Shown: positions 1 to 10,506, counted from the first letter of the stretch. The stretch: DNA of 64,000 bases from an uncultured Vicinamibacteraceae bacterium (GCA_964342185.1 CAYFER010000002.1:92946-156945), one strand, 5' to 3'. Numbers and translations: made by a program. Notes: generated by a model not told the origin, from the sequence alone.

Positions 1-40
1 AGGGCGGTTCAAGGATCAGACAGACTACACGGAGATAGAT

Positions 41-83
41 AAAACAAGGGGCCGACTGCCATCCAAAGACAGTACGGCCCCTT
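41..83 (-). terminator. Putative intrinsic terminator downstream of the TPR lipoprotein gene
   Basis: 9-bp GC-rich stem aaggggccg (46-54) / cggcccctt (75-83). On the minus strand it is followed by GTTTTATCTATC. It lies just after the stop of the 108..1094 gene. Confidence 0.6.
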
Positions 84-107
84 CGAAAACCTCGTTGGTG
101 GATGCTG

Positions 108-1094
108 CTATGCTCCAGCGGTGGCGGCGGCGGCTCTTTGCTCCTGCTGAATCGCCTCAGCCGTGGCACGGAGTTCATCCGCCTCAGCGATCAATTCAGT
201 CTGGAGATCGAGATCCTCCGTATCGTTCGCCTGCATCCTCAACAGAATGTTCTTATAAATAAGAGCATCAACATAGCGTTCGTTCAATGCCAACGCACGA
301 TCACTCGCATCCAACCCAGCCAATACATACTCTCTCTTTTGATCGACAGTAATTCTGAAATCCCTAAACGCTTTTTCCCAATAGAATGTAGAAATCGTGT
401 AGTACGCCTCAGGGTTGTCCGGATCCTGGCGAGCACGTTCCTCTAGCGCTTCGATTGTAAGATCAAATTCTCCGGCACGATTGTAAAAACCGGCCAACTG
501 AAGGTAGACGACAGGATCATCAGCTCTAAATTGCTGAACTGTCTGATAGATAAACTCGGCATCCTCAAACAGGCCGGCTTCCTCATAGAGTTGGGCTAAA
601 CGGAAGTAATTATCAGGATTTTCAGGATCGCTCGTAATCATATCTCGCAATATTGGCTCAGTTGCACCAGGGTCATTGCCCTTATCCGGCCCGTACGCGG
701 CCACGAGATACTGCATTGAAAGCAATCTCAATGACGGATCTGGAATTTCGTTTATCGCCAAGTTGTAATACCTGATTGCCTCGTCCAAATTGTGCACGTT
801 CTCTGCATCAGTACCACCCGGCTTGAACTTACTGTCATACGAGTTTGCTATGTAGAAATAAGCGGGCGTGAGGTTCTGCGCAAGTTCACTCTCCCCACCG
901 GCTTCAATTACGGCGAGAATTTCTTCATAGAGTTCTATCGCTTCGTCGTAAAAGCCTCTCGAATACGCAAGGTTGGCATCCTTGAACATTCTAACGGCAC
1001 CAAGTTCGTCAAAGAACGTGCAGCCAGACAACGAGACTGCCGTCAAGACAACTATGATTACTCTGAAAAGGCTTCGTTGTTTAAGCATGTCCAC
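108..1094 (-). CDS. TPR-repeat lipoprotein, last gene of the TonB-ExbBD operon
   Basis: N-terminal signal peptide with lipobox (LSGC). Repeated TPR-like A/Y/F-rich helical motifs. Co-directional and tightly spaced after the two exbD genes. Confidence 0.7.
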   Translation of the reverse strand: MDMLKQRSLFRVIIVVLTAVSLSGCTFFDELGAVRMFKDANLAYSRGFYDEAIELYEEILAVIEAGGESELAQNLTPAYFYIANSYDSKFKPGGTDAENVHNLDEAIRYYNLAINEIPDPSLRLLSMQYLVAAYGPDKGNDPGATEPILRDMITSDPENPDNYFRLAQLYEEAGLFEDAEFIYQTVQQFRADDPVVYLQLAGFYNRAGEFDLTIEALEERARQDPDNPEAYYTISTFYWEKAFRDFRITVDQKREYVLAGLDASDRALALNERYVDALIYKNILLRMQANDTEDLDLQTELIAEADELRATAEAIQQEQRAAAATAGA

Positions 1095-1148
1095 CCCTAT
1101 AACGAGTCTAAAAACTCCATTCGAAAAACCGATACCTACCTTATTAAG

Positions 1149-1613
1149 CTACAGTCCGCTTGCGCCACCGGCACGTCGCATGGCTTCAGTAACGATACCA
1201 ACCTTCGTGACCCCAGCACCCTTTGCAGCGTCAACAACATCAATGATGTCGCCATAGGTGAGTGTGCCCGCTCCCGCTATAAACATTGTCTTCTCGCGTC
1301 GATCCTCAAAAATGTCTCGCAAGCGATTTTCCAATTGCGGAAGTGAAACATCCTGATTGTTGATCGATATCCGACGGTCAGCGGTATATTCCAGCATGAT
1401 CTGGCTGGAATCGGTAGCCGCCTGGGTGGACCCCTGAGTCTCTAGAGGCAAATTGATATCCATACCCCGCTGGCCCAACGGAAGGGCAGCCAAGAAGATA
1501 ACAATTAGTACCAACAGGACGTCAATGAACGGTGTGATATTGATTTCGGCATTCTCTTCAGGCTTTGTCCCCGCGACAACATCCGCCGCACCATGATGTT
1601 TCTTCTTAGCCAT
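1149..1613 (-). CDS. exbD: Biopolymer transport protein ExbD/TolR (copy 2)
   Basis: EINITPFIDVLLVLIVIFL single-TM motif typical of ExbD/TolR. The size (154 aa) and operon context fit. Confidence 0.85.
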   Translation of the reverse strand: MAKKKHHGAADVVAGTKPEENAEINITPFIDVLLVLIVIFLAALPLGQRGMDINLPLETQGSTQAATDSSQIMLEYTADRRISINNQDVSLPQLENRLRDIFEDRREKTMFIAGAGTLTYGDIIDVVDAAKGAGVTKVGIVTEAMRRAGGASGL

Positions 1614-1629
1614 GCACTATTCCCCTAAA

Positions 1630-2052
1630 TCAGCCGGAACCGCCAGGACGCTCAGCGATTAGCCCGATATTCTCGATTCCCGCCCGTTGTAGTTGGTCAA
1701 ACACATTCATGATCCCAGAGTACGGCGCACCAACATCTGCTTTGATTAACACGAGCCGCTCAAACTTCCGATCAAGTGCGGTCTGTATGGCCGTAAGAAG
1801 CTGTCGCTCTTCGGTGGGGATATTGTCTACGTAATATCGTCCCCCTGAGTCGACGTGTACAACAGTGTCGTTATCATTGTCGGTTCGCTCTTCAGTATTA
1901 GTCGCTTCAGGTAATCTCACAAGGACACCCGCCTGCAAGAGCGGGGCAATCAGCATAACGATGATCAGCAAAACCAACATCACGTCCGCGAGGGGCGTAA
2001 TGTTAATCTCTGCATTCAACCCACCACTCTTTTTACCGACGCTCACTCCCAT
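1630..2052 (-). CDS. exbD: Biopolymer transport protein ExbD/TolR (copy 1)
   Basis: EINITPLADVMLVLLIIVM motif, 140 aa, directly downstream of exbB. Confidence 0.85.
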   Translation of the reverse strand: MGVSVGKKSGGLNAEINITPLADVMLVLLIIVMLIAPLLQAGVLVRLPEATNTEERTDNDNDTVVHVDSGGRYYVDNIPTEERQLLTAIQTALDRKFERLVLIKADVGAPYSGIMNVFDQLQRAGIENIGLIAERPGGSG

Positions 2053-2174
2053 AGGGAAATCCTCCTTAATTCAACGCTTTACCCGAAACACTGGACTGCT
2101 TAGCAGGGGACCAACCGGATACAGCATCGGTTGACCCAGCTAGACCCCATACCAGAACGGAGCCTGTGCCTTGG

Positions 2175-2840
2175 TTACTTCCTGATGAAGTAATCCATCA
2201 ATTCGGACGACGAGTTGTCCATTTCGACGGTGAAGTATTCGAGCCTACCGGTGAGGTAGTTGTAGAACCACACCGCCGGAATCGCCACAAATAGTCCAAT
2301 AGCAGTACCAACCAACGCTTCAGAAATACCACCAGACACCGCACCGAGACCGCCGGAACCAGTTGTCGCAATACCCTGGAACGCGTTAATAACACCCAAC
2401 GTCGTCGCCAACAGACCGACGAACACTGCAGTCGATCCGATTGTCGCCAGGACAGCCATCCCCTTCTTGAGGTCAGCTGCTACCAATACCGATGCACGCT
2501 GAATAGCTCGGCGAACACCATCCACGACATCGTCCTTGTCTAGGTTAACACCACTGTCCTGCTGGAACTGATATTCCTGCAGACCAGCCTGGACCACCTT
2601 TGCCAAGTGGCTGTACTTATAATTTTTTGACCCCGATACGGCAATGGCGTCCTTCATTTTGCCATCCTTGAGGTGCTTAGCCACTTGAGGCGCAAATGTT
2701 TTAGACTGTTTTCCCGCTTGCGAAAACGTGAAGAGTCTTTCAAAAAAGACACCGACCGACCACATCGACATGATAGCCAGAACGCCCATCAATGCCTTAA
2801 CCGACCAACCCATTTGTTCCCAAAGTTCAAGTAAATCCAT
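2175..2840 (-). CDS. exbB: MotA/TolQ/ExbB proton-channel protein
   Basis: 221 aa, three TM segments. The C-terminal GLLATTLGVINAF ... ALVGTAIGLFVAIPA motif is characteristic of ExbB/TolQ. Confidence 0.85.
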   Translation of the reverse strand: MDLLELWEQMGWSVKALMGVLAIMSMWSVGVFFERLFTFSQAGKQSKTFAPQVAKHLKDGKMKDAIAVSGSKNYKYSHLAKVVQAGLQEYQFQQDSGVNLDKDDVVDGVRRAIQRASVLVAADLKKGMAVLATIGSTAVFVGLLATTLGVINAFQGIATTGSGGLGAVSGGISEALVGTAIGLFVAIPAVWFYNYLTGRLEYFTVEMDNSSSELMDYFIRK

Positions 2841-2909
2841 CTAGTCCTCCTCGACTCCTAAGCTAATTTCACAAAGCACGAGCACCAAAGTGGCCCCGGG
2901 CTTGGTGCC

Positions 2910-3611
2910 CTACTGCATAGTGAAGTTCACCGTCACCGTCATAATGACCGGCACGGGAACACCATTCAGCAATGTTGGCGTGTACACCCACTGCTGAACG
3001 GCCGCGATCGCCGCATCGTCTAGAAGCGGCACTGAACGTAAGACCTTAACATCGGTAACATTGCCAGCCGGGCCAATCACCGCTTCAAGAATAACCACAC
3101 CCTGAACACGAGCTGCCTGCGCAACCGGCGGATAAACTGGCGGCACATCGGTTACCTTGGCCGGTGGCGAAATATTTCCACCGACGCGAACTGGCTCTGG
3201 TGGCGGGGGTGGGGGTGGGGGCGCTGAGGGCAACCCACCAATAATTCCACCAACAACTCCACCGACGGCACCACCTTCTACTCCACTCACCTCAGCCGGA
3301 TTAAATTCTGGCTCAGGCGCAATGACTTCAGGAGCAACAATCGGTGCCGCGTTCGGGTTAACTTCGACCACCGGTGCCGGAGCCGCTTCCGCGGGTCGTG
3401 GCGGTGGTGGTGGCGGTGGTGGCGGCGGCGGTGGCGGTGGCGCTGCTACAAACGCCATCATCGTCGCAGGAGTCGGAAGTGAGTCGGTAGCCAACAGGGG
3501 AACAATCACGACCGCAGCAATTGCTGCTACGTGCGCAACGATCGATAGTGGCACCGTATACCATTTCTGCGTTCCCACCTTAATGGAGGGATTCGCAATT
3601 TCACCAAACAT
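2910..3611 (-). CDS. tonB: Energy transducer TonB
   Basis: N-terminal TM anchor, long Pro-rich spacer (P14 and P8 runs), and a C-terminal TonB domain (PPVYPPVAQAARVQGVVILEAVIGPAGNV...). The track ORF extends to 3704 from a TTG. I prefer the ATG at 3611 (MFGEIANPS...), so the start is uncertain. Confidence 0.8.
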   Translation of the reverse strand: MFGEIANPSIKVGTQKWYTVPLSIVAHVAAIAAVVIVPLLATDSLPTPATMMAFVAAPPPPPPPPPPPPPPRPAEAAPAPVVEVNPNAAPIVAPEVIAPEPEFNPAEVSGVEGGAVGGVVGGIIGGLPSAPPPPPPPPEPVRVGGNISPPAKVTDVPPVYPPVAQAARVQGVVILEAVIGPAGNVTDVKVLRSVPLLDDAAIAAVQQWVYTPTLLNGVPVPVIMTVTVNFTMQ

Positions 3612-3740
3612 TTGACCGGCCACGGACAACCTCCTCACCCAATCATTCAAACCGGGCGCTGCCTTAGAGGCGTAGATTATATGTATGCGTCCAAACGCTG
3701 TCAACGAACAGAATAATACCTATATTGCAGTTCGTTTCAA

Positions 3741-3780
3741 CAATTAAAAATCTTCGGACAATCGCCTCAGAATGAAGATT
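3741..3780 (-). terminator. Putative intrinsic terminator after hppA
   Basis: 7-bp stem aatcttc (3749-3755) / gaagatt (3774-3780). On the minus strand it is followed by TTTTAATTGTTG. Confidence 0.45.
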
Positions 3781-3830
3781 CAGACTCCAGATATTTTTTC
3801 GATGCAATTGGCGCTCATACTTGATGCATT

Positions 3831-5939
3831 TTATTGCATCCACGCAACGACGAGCGGAGCGAAAATAACCGCCACAACACTCATTAATTTGATCAGAATA
3901 TTCAGACTCGGACCAGAAGTATCCTTAAATGGATCTCCAACGGTATCACCAATTACTGAAGCTTTATGGGCTTCCGAACCCTTGCCACCATGCTCACCCG
4001 ATTCAATGAACTTCTTAGCATTATCCCAAACACCGCCGGCATTGGCCATCATCAGAGCCATCAAGACACCAGTCACCAGCGCGCCAGCCAAGAGACCGCC
4101 CAAACCAGACACGCCAAGTAAATACCCGGTCAGAACCGGGGCCGACACCGCTAACAGACCCGGGAGGATCATCTCTCGAATAGCTGCCTTAGTCGAAATC
4201 GCGACACACCGCGCCGAATCAGGCTCCGCCTTTCCTTCGATAAGTCCTTCAATCTCACGGAACTGTCTTCGAACCTCTTCGATCATCTTGGCTGCAGAAC
4301 GACCAACTGCGTTCATAGTCAATGCCGCAAAGATGAATGGCAACATCCCGCCGATTAGCATCCCGATGAGCACATTTGGGTTATTAAGTCCCAGGTCAAG
4401 TAATCGATTATCAAAAACCTGCTCTCCGCCAGCCGCCTCAATCGCGTCAGCAGCTTTTGTTCTAAAGGTGCTAAACAGAGCCAACGCCGTTAGCGCTGCT
4501 GATCCAATGGCGAATCCTTTACCCATGGCGGCCGTGGTATTGCCTACGGCGTCGAGTGCGTCCGTCCGCTGCCTGACATACGACTCACACTTACTCATTT
4601 CAGCAATTCCGCCGGCGTTGTCAGCAACAGGGCCATAAGCGTCCACACCCAAACTGATACCAAGAGTCGAAAGCATGCCGACAGCCGCAATCGCAATGCC
4701 GTAAAGCTCGGCAAAGGCATAGCTGAAATAGATTGCCACCGCGATCACAAGGATCGGGAGACCGCACGACATCATCCCGACGCCGAGACCGGCGATGATA
4801 TTTGTTGCGGGGCCAGTTTCAGACTGTTGTGCGATATGGTGAGCGGGTGGCTTGTCCATGCCCGTGTAGTACTCCGTCAATCGGCCAATCGCAACGCCAG
4901 AGCCGAGCCCTAACAGGACACACCAGAGCACCTGCAACGGCAAATGCAACATGTACACGAGTCCATAGGCCGCCACCAGAACGATGGCCGACGCCACCAA
5001 TAAGCCGCGCTCCAAGGCGCTCCCGATTTTAGACTCATCGTCAGTGCTTACCGTGAAAGTGCCCAACATGGAAGCTATGATGCCAACACCTGCCAGAAGA
5101 ATTGGAAAAATTACGAGCGACCGCTGAAGAGAATCAAAACCTGATGCATCGATTCCCCAAAGCGCCGCAGCGGCAGTCGCACTCAATGCCCAAGCAAGCG
5201 CAATGGACGAAATGATGCTGCCGACATACGACTCAAATAGATCGGCGCCCATGCCAGCGACATCGCCGACGTTATCACCCACACTGTCAGCAATTGTCGC
5301 AGGATTTCGAGGGTCATCTTCCGGGATTCCAGCTTCGACCTTACCTGAAAGATCGCCAGCAACATCAGCAGCCTTCGTGTAAATTCCACCACCAACTCTG
5401 GCAAATAAGGCAATCGACGACGCTCCAAGAGAAAATCCGAATAACTGTTCAATAGCGATCGGCCCGTTCCCGCTTAAACCTCCAAACACGTAATAAAGAA
5501 TCGCGACACCAGATGTTCCAAGAGCAACTACAGTCAGACCCATTACGGCACCACTTGAGAATGCAACCCTCAACGCAGGAGCGAGACCAGTGGTGGCTGC
5601 GAACGTCGTTCGGACAGCCGCACCGGTAGCGGTGCGCATACCCACCCAGCCAGCAACAGCTGACAATGACGAGCCAATAAGAAAGCTCACACCGGTCAGA
5701 AGCGCATTTTCTGGTAGAAATAGGACGAGGATCACAAACATCAATCCTACAAACCCGGCCAGCACGGTGTACTCCGTACGGAGAAAAGCCATAGCTCCGG
5801 AACGGATCAACGCGGAGATGCGTTGCATCACCTCAGTTCCGGGATCACGACTGTTAATAGTTCGAATCAAAATAAAGGCAAAGACCGCCGCCGCTAAAGG
5901 CGCGCCCCATCCGAGTGCGAAGTACAGTTGCTGCTCCAT
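3831..5939 (-). CDS. hppA: Membrane-bound pyrophosphate-energised cation pump (M-PPase)
   Basis: 702 aa with about 16 TM segments. Conserved M-PPase motifs are present: [64 protein letters not shown]. Confidence 0.95.
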   Translation of the reverse strand: MEQQLYFALGWGAPLAAAVFAFILIRTINSRDPGTEVMQRISALIRSGAMAFLRTEYTVLAGFVGLMFVILVLFLPENALLTGVSFLIGSSLSAVAGWVGMRTATGAAVRTTFAATTGLAPALRVAFSSGAVMGLTVVALGTSGVAILYYVFGGLSGNGPIAIEQLFGFSLGASSIALFARVGGGIYTKAADVAGDLSGKVEAGIPEDDPRNPATIADSVGDNVGDVAGMGADLFESYVGSIISSIALAWALSATAAAALWGIDASGFDSLQRSLVIFPILLAGVGIIASMLGTFTVSTDDESKIGSALERGLLVASAIVLVAAYGLVYMLHLPLQVLWCVLLGLGSGVAIGRLTEYYTGMDKPPAHHIAQQSETGPATNIIAGLGVGMMSCGLPILVIAVAIYFSYAFAELYGIAIAAVGMLSTLGISLGVDAYGPVADNAGGIAEMSKCESYVRQRTDALDAVGNTTAAMGKGFAIGSAALTALALFSTFRTKAADAIEAAGGEQVFDNRLLDLGLNNPNVLIGMLIGGMLPFIFAALTMNAVGRSAAKMIEEVRRQFREIEGLIEGKAEPDSARCVAISTKAAIREMILPGLLAVSAPVLTGYLLGVSGLGGLLAGALVTGVLMALMMANAGGVWDNAKKFIESGEHGGKGSEAHKASVIGDTVGDPFKDTSGPSLNILIKLMSVVAVIFAPLVVAWMQ

Positions 5940-6047
5940 TCACTCCCCTATTGTTTTATGGTTGACTGTTTTTCGTCGGCAAGAAACCCTTCAAACTACC
6001 AGCTCAGTTTTCTCACTGTCAAGATATATCTATGCCCCGCCCACTGT

Positions 6048-6665
6048 CTATTCAGACTCCGACCCAGTCGGTTTCGTCTGCCGAGCCTTGAGATTAGTCG
6101 ACAGCGCCATACCCCCCGTCAGAAAAATCTGAATGCCATCCTGGACTGAAAGGTCAGGATACGAAACGACATCGTCCGGATAAATGTGAATGTCCCCAAA
6201 ATAAATGTGATTAGTGGGCACATACACAGAAACTAAATTTTCCGGTCCGTCTCCCCGGTCCATAACAAACCGTTTTGTCAGAAAACCCAAGACCAAACCA
6301 CGTCTCGGGTCATCGAGTAACACAACCTGCTTAAAACCCATCTGATTGTCCGAAGAGAACGCCGCAACCAACTGCTTTACTGGCCCGTACACAGCCCGAA
6401 AAACAGGCAACTTGAGAAGATACGCTTCACACCGTTGAAGGACACGGCCTCCGAGAACATTAGTCGCGATTACACCTACCAGCGTAATGACCGCAAGTAG
6501 AGTGACTAAACCAAGACCGGGAATCTCTTGCCCTAGCCAACGAGCGTACACAGGGCCCATCACTCCATCAATTACCTGAAAGAGCCACACGAACGCTGCA
6601 ACACTAATGATCAGAGGGACGGTAACGACAAGCCCCGTCACCAAACTGCGCCGAAGCCACTGCAT
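6048..6665 (-). CDS. DUF502-family membrane protein
   Basis: 205 aa, two N-terminal TM helices (LVTGLVVTVPLIISVAAFVW...), and a PVFRAVYGPVKQL motif resembling DUF502/YitT-unrelated conserved membrane proteins. Confidence 0.6.
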   Translation of the reverse strand: MQWLRRSLVTGLVVTVPLIISVAAFVWLFQVIDGVMGPVYARWLGQEIPGLGLVTLLAVITLVGVIATNVLGGRVLQRCEAYLLKLPVFRAVYGPVKQLVAAFSSDNQMGFKQVVLLDDPRRGLVLGFLTKRFVMDRGDGPENLVSVYVPTNHIYFGDIHIYPDDVVSYPDLSVQDGIQIFLTGGMALSTNLKARQTKPTGSESE

Positions 6666-6708
6666 TGCGCCTCACCTTTTTAACAGAAACTGGCCAAAAA
6701 TCCACACT

Positions 6709-7560
6709 CTAGTCGATCAGCAGAAAAAATATACATCCAGCTAAACCAAACCGATAGGCAGCAAACCCATCCAAAGAATGATTTTCAAGGTATCGGATGA
6801 AATACTTTACGGTAACGTAGCCGACACTGGCCGACGTGATGATTCCAATCGCACACAAACCGAACAATTCAGTAGGCACGTTGGTACCCACCAACTCGAT
6901 GCCCTGTCGCCCAGCAGCACCAAAGATTGCCGGAATACTAATTAGAAAAGCGAGTCGGGCTGCACTGTCTCTCCGAATACCCAATAGCATGGCAAGAGTG
7001 ATCACTGCGCCAGATCGGGAAACTCCTGGGATCAAAGCTAAGGCTTGAACCAAACCAAGAGCTAACACTTCTAGAACTGTTAAGGGCACTTCGGTTCTGT
7101 CCGCCGGTTTCAGCCGCTCCGCCATCACCATCAACACAGCACCCGCTGCAAGTGCAGTTGCCGCAACACCGACGGTCCGAAAATGTTCGGTGATGAAGTC
7201 ACCAAAAAAAACTCCTACAAACACGATGGGTAAAGTCGCTAGAATGATATTTCTCGCCATCCTTGAATTTTCATCTGACACGCCTTGCAGAAATCGAGGA
7301 ACAGATTTGACCATGATTACGATATCTCGTCTAAAAAACATCACCACGGCAATTAGAGTGCCGACGTGACACGCTACATCGAATGCCAAATTGAATTCGC
7401 CGGCGTCCCATCCGAAAACTGAACGCGCAAGAATCAGGTGTGCAGAGCTAGAAATAGGCAGAAACTCGGTCAACCCTTGTATGACCCCGAGCAGCGCAGC
7501 CTCAAACGTTGTCACATTCGTTGGTAGCAGATCGTCAAGACACCCTCGCTTTTCGGCCAT
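6709..7560 (-). CDS. uppP: Undecaprenyl-diphosphate phosphatase
   Basis: GLTEFLPISSSAHL and PGVSRSG motifs typical of BacA/UppP, 283 aa polytopic protein. The start overlaps the secF 3' end by 26 nt. Confidence 0.9.
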   Translation of the reverse strand: MAEKRGCLDDLLPTNVTTFEAALLGVIQGLTEFLPISSSAHLILARSVFGWDAGEFNLAFDVACHVGTLIAVVMFFRRDIVIMVKSVPRFLQGVSDENSRMARNIILATLPIVFVGVFFGDFITEHFRTVGVAATALAAGAVLMVMAERLKPADRTEVPLTVLEVLALGLVQALALIPGVSRSGAVITLAMLLGIRRDSAARLAFLISIPAIFGAAGRQGIELVGTNVPTELFGLCAIGIITSASVGYVTVKYFIRYLENHSLDGFAAYRFGLAGCIFFLLID

Positions 7561-8566
7561 GCCGTTTCGAGCGTTGTGCTCGCTGAGGACGACGTGACCC
7601 AGAACGAGGCGACTCCTGGGAACGCTTAGGTTCGCGATCCTGAACTGCCGAAGACGGGCTTCGTGCCGCCGCTCGCCTTTGAGTTATCGCGATAGCGGTT
7701 GACGTCGCTATGAAGATCGTAGAGTAGGTCCCACTAAAAACACCAATCAGCATCGTAATGGAAAAACCCCGAAGCACTTCCCCTCCGAAAAGAGACAGCG
7801 CTAACACAGCAAATCCTGTAGTTCCCGAGGTGATAATCGTGCGTGCAAGCGTCTGGTTAATGCTCTTGTTAACCAAGTGGTCGAATTTATCTCGTCGCAT
7901 CAACCGCAGATTCTCTCGAACTCGGTCGAACACTACGATTGAGTCATTGACCGAGTAACCGGTGATCGTCAGCATCGCTGCGACCACGTTCAATGACAGA
8001 TCGATTCCAAACAACGTTAACAATGACAAAGTGATGAGGATGTCATGAACCACCGCCACAATCGCCCCGACGCCGAAGCTAAAGCGAAATCGCAGGCCCA
8101 CATAAATTAAAATACCGGCCATCGCAAAAACGAAAGCACTAATCCCGCGCTGCTGGAGTTCCTGACCGATTACGGGTCCTACAAGGTCCCTCGAAACCAC
8201 CTCGAATGCACCAAGTCCGCTCGCCTCTAAGGTTTCAAGTACCTGCTCCGCACCTTGTTCAAGACTTGCTCCTTGCTCGGGACCCGCTTGAGGTAAGCGA
8301 ATCAAAACGCCACCACCAGAATCACCATATTGCTGCACTACTTTTTCATCGATAGCAGCTAGCGCGTCCCGGACCGACTCTTCGGTCATGGGTTGCTCAA
8401 ACTCCAGAACGACTAAAGTCCCACCAGAAAAATCGATACCAAGCGGAAGGCCTCCGCGGGTCACTATCGTAACGATGCCAATGACTATGATGACCATCGA
8501 CAGAGCTACCGCGTACCAGCGTTTCCCGATAAAATCGAACTTAGGTTCCTGTGAAAACAATGCCAT
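7535..8566 (-). CDS. secF: Protein translocase subunit SecF
   Basis: SecF motifs (GIDFSGGT, TITGYSVNDSIVVFDRVRE), six TM segments, downstream of secD. Carries an unusual roughly 45-aa Arg/Ser/Pro-rich C-terminal tail. Confidence 0.9.
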   Translation of the reverse strand: MALFSQEPKFDFIGKRWYAVALSMVIIVIGIVTIVTRGGLPLGIDFSGGTLVVLEFEQPMTEESVRDALAAIDEKVVQQYGDSGGGVLIRLPQAGPEQGASLEQGAEQVLETLEASGLGAFEVVSRDLVGPVIGQELQQRGISAFVFAMAGILIYVGLRFRFSFGVGAIVAVVHDILITLSLLTLFGIDLSLNVVAAMLTITGYSVNDSIVVFDRVRENLRLMRRDKFDHLVNKSINQTLARTIITSGTTGFAVLALSLFGGEVLRGFSITMLIGVFSGTYSTIFIATSTAIAITQRRAAARSPSSAVQDREPKRSQESPRSGSRRPQRAQRSKRHGRKARVS

Positions 8567-8578
8567 CTAAGAATCCAT

Positions 8579-10144
8579 CTAAATGCTTAATGTGGCGGCA
8601 CGTCGACGTGATAAAACTGCCTCAAACAACGTTCGTGACACAAATACTGCCGTAAAAACATTTGAGACCAGCCCAATAGCCAAAGTTGTCGCAAAACCGC
8701 GGATCGGCCCTGAACCAAATTGAAAAAGGAAAGCTGCCGCAATTAAAGAGGCTATGTGAGTATCCAAAATCGTTAGAAACACCCGGTCAAATCCTGCGCT
8801 AACAGCCGCCTTGACCCCCTTCTCAGCACGCAGTTCTTCTTTGATCCGCTCAAAAATAAGGACGTTTGAATCCACTCCGATACCAATGGTTAAGATTAAT
8901 CCCGCAATTCCAGGCAATGTTAAAACAGCCCCAAGGTAGGCCATGAATCCCATTAGAATCAGGAGATTCATCCCAACAGCAACGACCGCGTTGATACCAG
9001 ACAACCGGTAATACACAAGCATGAAGATTGCGACCACGACTAGTCCTGACACCGAAGCGATGACCCCAGCTCGTACAGAGTCGGCTCCGAGGGTCGGGCC
9101 AATTGTTCGCTCTTCAAGATACGTAAGCGAAGCAGGGAGAGCTCCCGAACGAAGAACAAGACCGAGGTCGGCGGCTTCCTGTTGAGTAAACACCCCACTA
9201 ATTTGGCCTTCGTCAGTGATCCGACCTTCAATCGTTGGAGCTGTTTCCACGCGTCCATCAAGAAGAATGGCCAAACTACGTCCGATATTCTGACCAGTGA
9301 CCTCACCAAATTTTCGAGCTCCCTCCCGATTGAGCGAAAAACTCACGGCAGGTTGATTGAATTCATCTAACGTAGGCCGTGCATTCCTGAGATCTCGTCC
9401 AGTTACTGCGGCCACCCTTCGCACTAGGTAATAAACAGTCTCTGGCGCCCCACCAGTAAGCATATTTGACGCGCCCGTTACCACTTCCATGTCTGGCGGA
9501 AGTACACCATTCCGCGTCTGTAGAAGCATTTCTTGGCTAGCTGCAGGCCCATCCTCAACGATCTTGAGCTCCAACAACGCTGTAGACCGAATAATCTCCT
9601 TTGCTCGAGCTACATCAGACACTCCCGGCAATTGGACCAAAATTTGGTCGCCGCCAACAGAATACGGTGCAACAATCGGTTCCGCTACTCCCAGTTCATT
9701 TACGCGACGTTCAATAGTCTGAAGCGCCTGACGTACTGATTCATCACGAAGAGAACTCTCAACCGGCGCCCGCATCCGATAAGTGTACGACCCGCTCACA
9801 CCAGGTTCGCGTTCGTACGAAAGGGATAATTGATCTTCGGCCATCTGACGAAATTCGGCGTCTCTCTCGGGTGGTACGCCCTCTATTTGAATTGTCACCG
9901 GGTCAACCGCAACCACTGACGTAAGTTCAATACCCTGCAGGCTCAATTGCTCACTGAGCTGTTCGGCAGCAGTCTCTGTTTCGAGTTGGAGGGCATCATC
10001 AGTTTGAACCCGTAACACCATGTGCACTCCGCCTTCAAGGTCAAGGCCCAAGCGAATCTGCTCTTCTGGCGGATAGACTGCCAAGACCGACAACGCAGTA
10101 ACTGCGACAATAGCTAAGAGCTTCCATTGCAGGTTTTTCGTCAT
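8579..10144 (-). CDS. secD: Protein translocase subunit SecD
   Basis: 521 aa. Motifs LGLDLEGGVHMVL, large periplasmic domain, and TIGIGVDSNVLIFERIKEE. Confidence 0.92.
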   Translation of the reverse strand: MTKNLQWKLLAIVAVTALSVLAVYPPEEQIRLGLDLEGGVHMVLRVQTDDALQLETETAAEQLSEQLSLQGIELTSVVAVDPVTIQIEGVPPERDAEFRQMAEDQLSLSYEREPGVSGSYTYRMRAPVESSLRDESVRQALQTIERRVNELGVAEPIVAPYSVGGDQILVQLPGVSDVARAKEIIRSTALLELKIVEDGPAASQEMLLQTRNGVLPPDMEVVTGASNMLTGGAPETVYYLVRRVAAVTGRDLRNARPTLDEFNQPAVSFSLNREGARKFGEVTGQNIGRSLAILLDGRVETAPTIEGRITDEGQISGVFTQQEAADLGLVLRSGALPASLTYLEERTIGPTLGADSVRAGVIASVSGLVVVAIFMLVYYRLSGINAVVAVGMNLLILMGFMAYLGAVLTLPGIAGLILTIGIGVDSNVLIFERIKEELRAEKGVKAAVSAGFDRVFLTILDTHIASLIAAAFLFQFGSGPIRGFATTLAIGLVSNVFTAVFVSRTLFEAVLSRRRAATLSI

Positions 10145-10173
10145 AATCTCAGTCCAAAAACAATAATTTACTT

Positions 10174-10506
10174 CTAGGCACTACCAGATTCCGATACTAC
10201 CGGGTCCTGTCCCTGGTAGCCACCAACCGCCGACCGCGCCACCTCAATTCGAACTTTTTCCGCCACCTGAATCTGGACAGATTTTTCATTCAGCTTCGCG
10301 ATCGAGCCGTAAATGCCACTCGTTGTCACGATCTTATCGCCAACTTTGAGTGCGTCCTGGAAATCTTGAACTTTCTTCTGCCGCCGCCTCATCGGAAGCA
10401 AGATGATGAAGTAAAAGATCGCAAGAATCATTGCGAAAGGCAAAAACTGAACGAGAAGACTAGGCTGACCTGGCGAAGGCTGGGCCATTGCGACGATCAA
10501 GTCCAT
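10174..10506 (-). CDS. yajC: Preprotein translocase subunit YajC
   Basis: Single TM (ILAIFYFIILLPMRRRQKK) followed by a VGDKIVTTSGIYG motif. The track ORF starts at a TTG (10548). ATG at 10506 or 10488 is more likely, so the start is uncertain. Confidence 0.8.
   Translation of the reverse strand: MDLIVAMAQPSPGQPSLLVQFLPFAMILAIFYFIILLPMRRRQKKVQDFQDALKVGDKIVTTSGIYGSIAKLNEKSVQIQVAEKVRIEVARSAVGGYQGQDPVVSESGSA

Noticed and set aside
2841-2909. Hairpin gcaccaa/ttggtgc between tonB and exbB as an internal terminator
   Set aside because: It has a 7-bp stem with a GC-rich loop but no convincing U-tract on the minus strand. It is more likely an mRNA structure with no clear function, which is not enough evidence to call.
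3157-4638. Plus-strand ORFs 3157..3615 (poly-Gly, 152 aa) and 3772..4638 (288 aa)
   Set aside because: They lie antisense to tonB (its GGN tract is the complement of the CCN proline codons) and antisense to hppA, both of which have strong family motifs. Their composition is low complexity.
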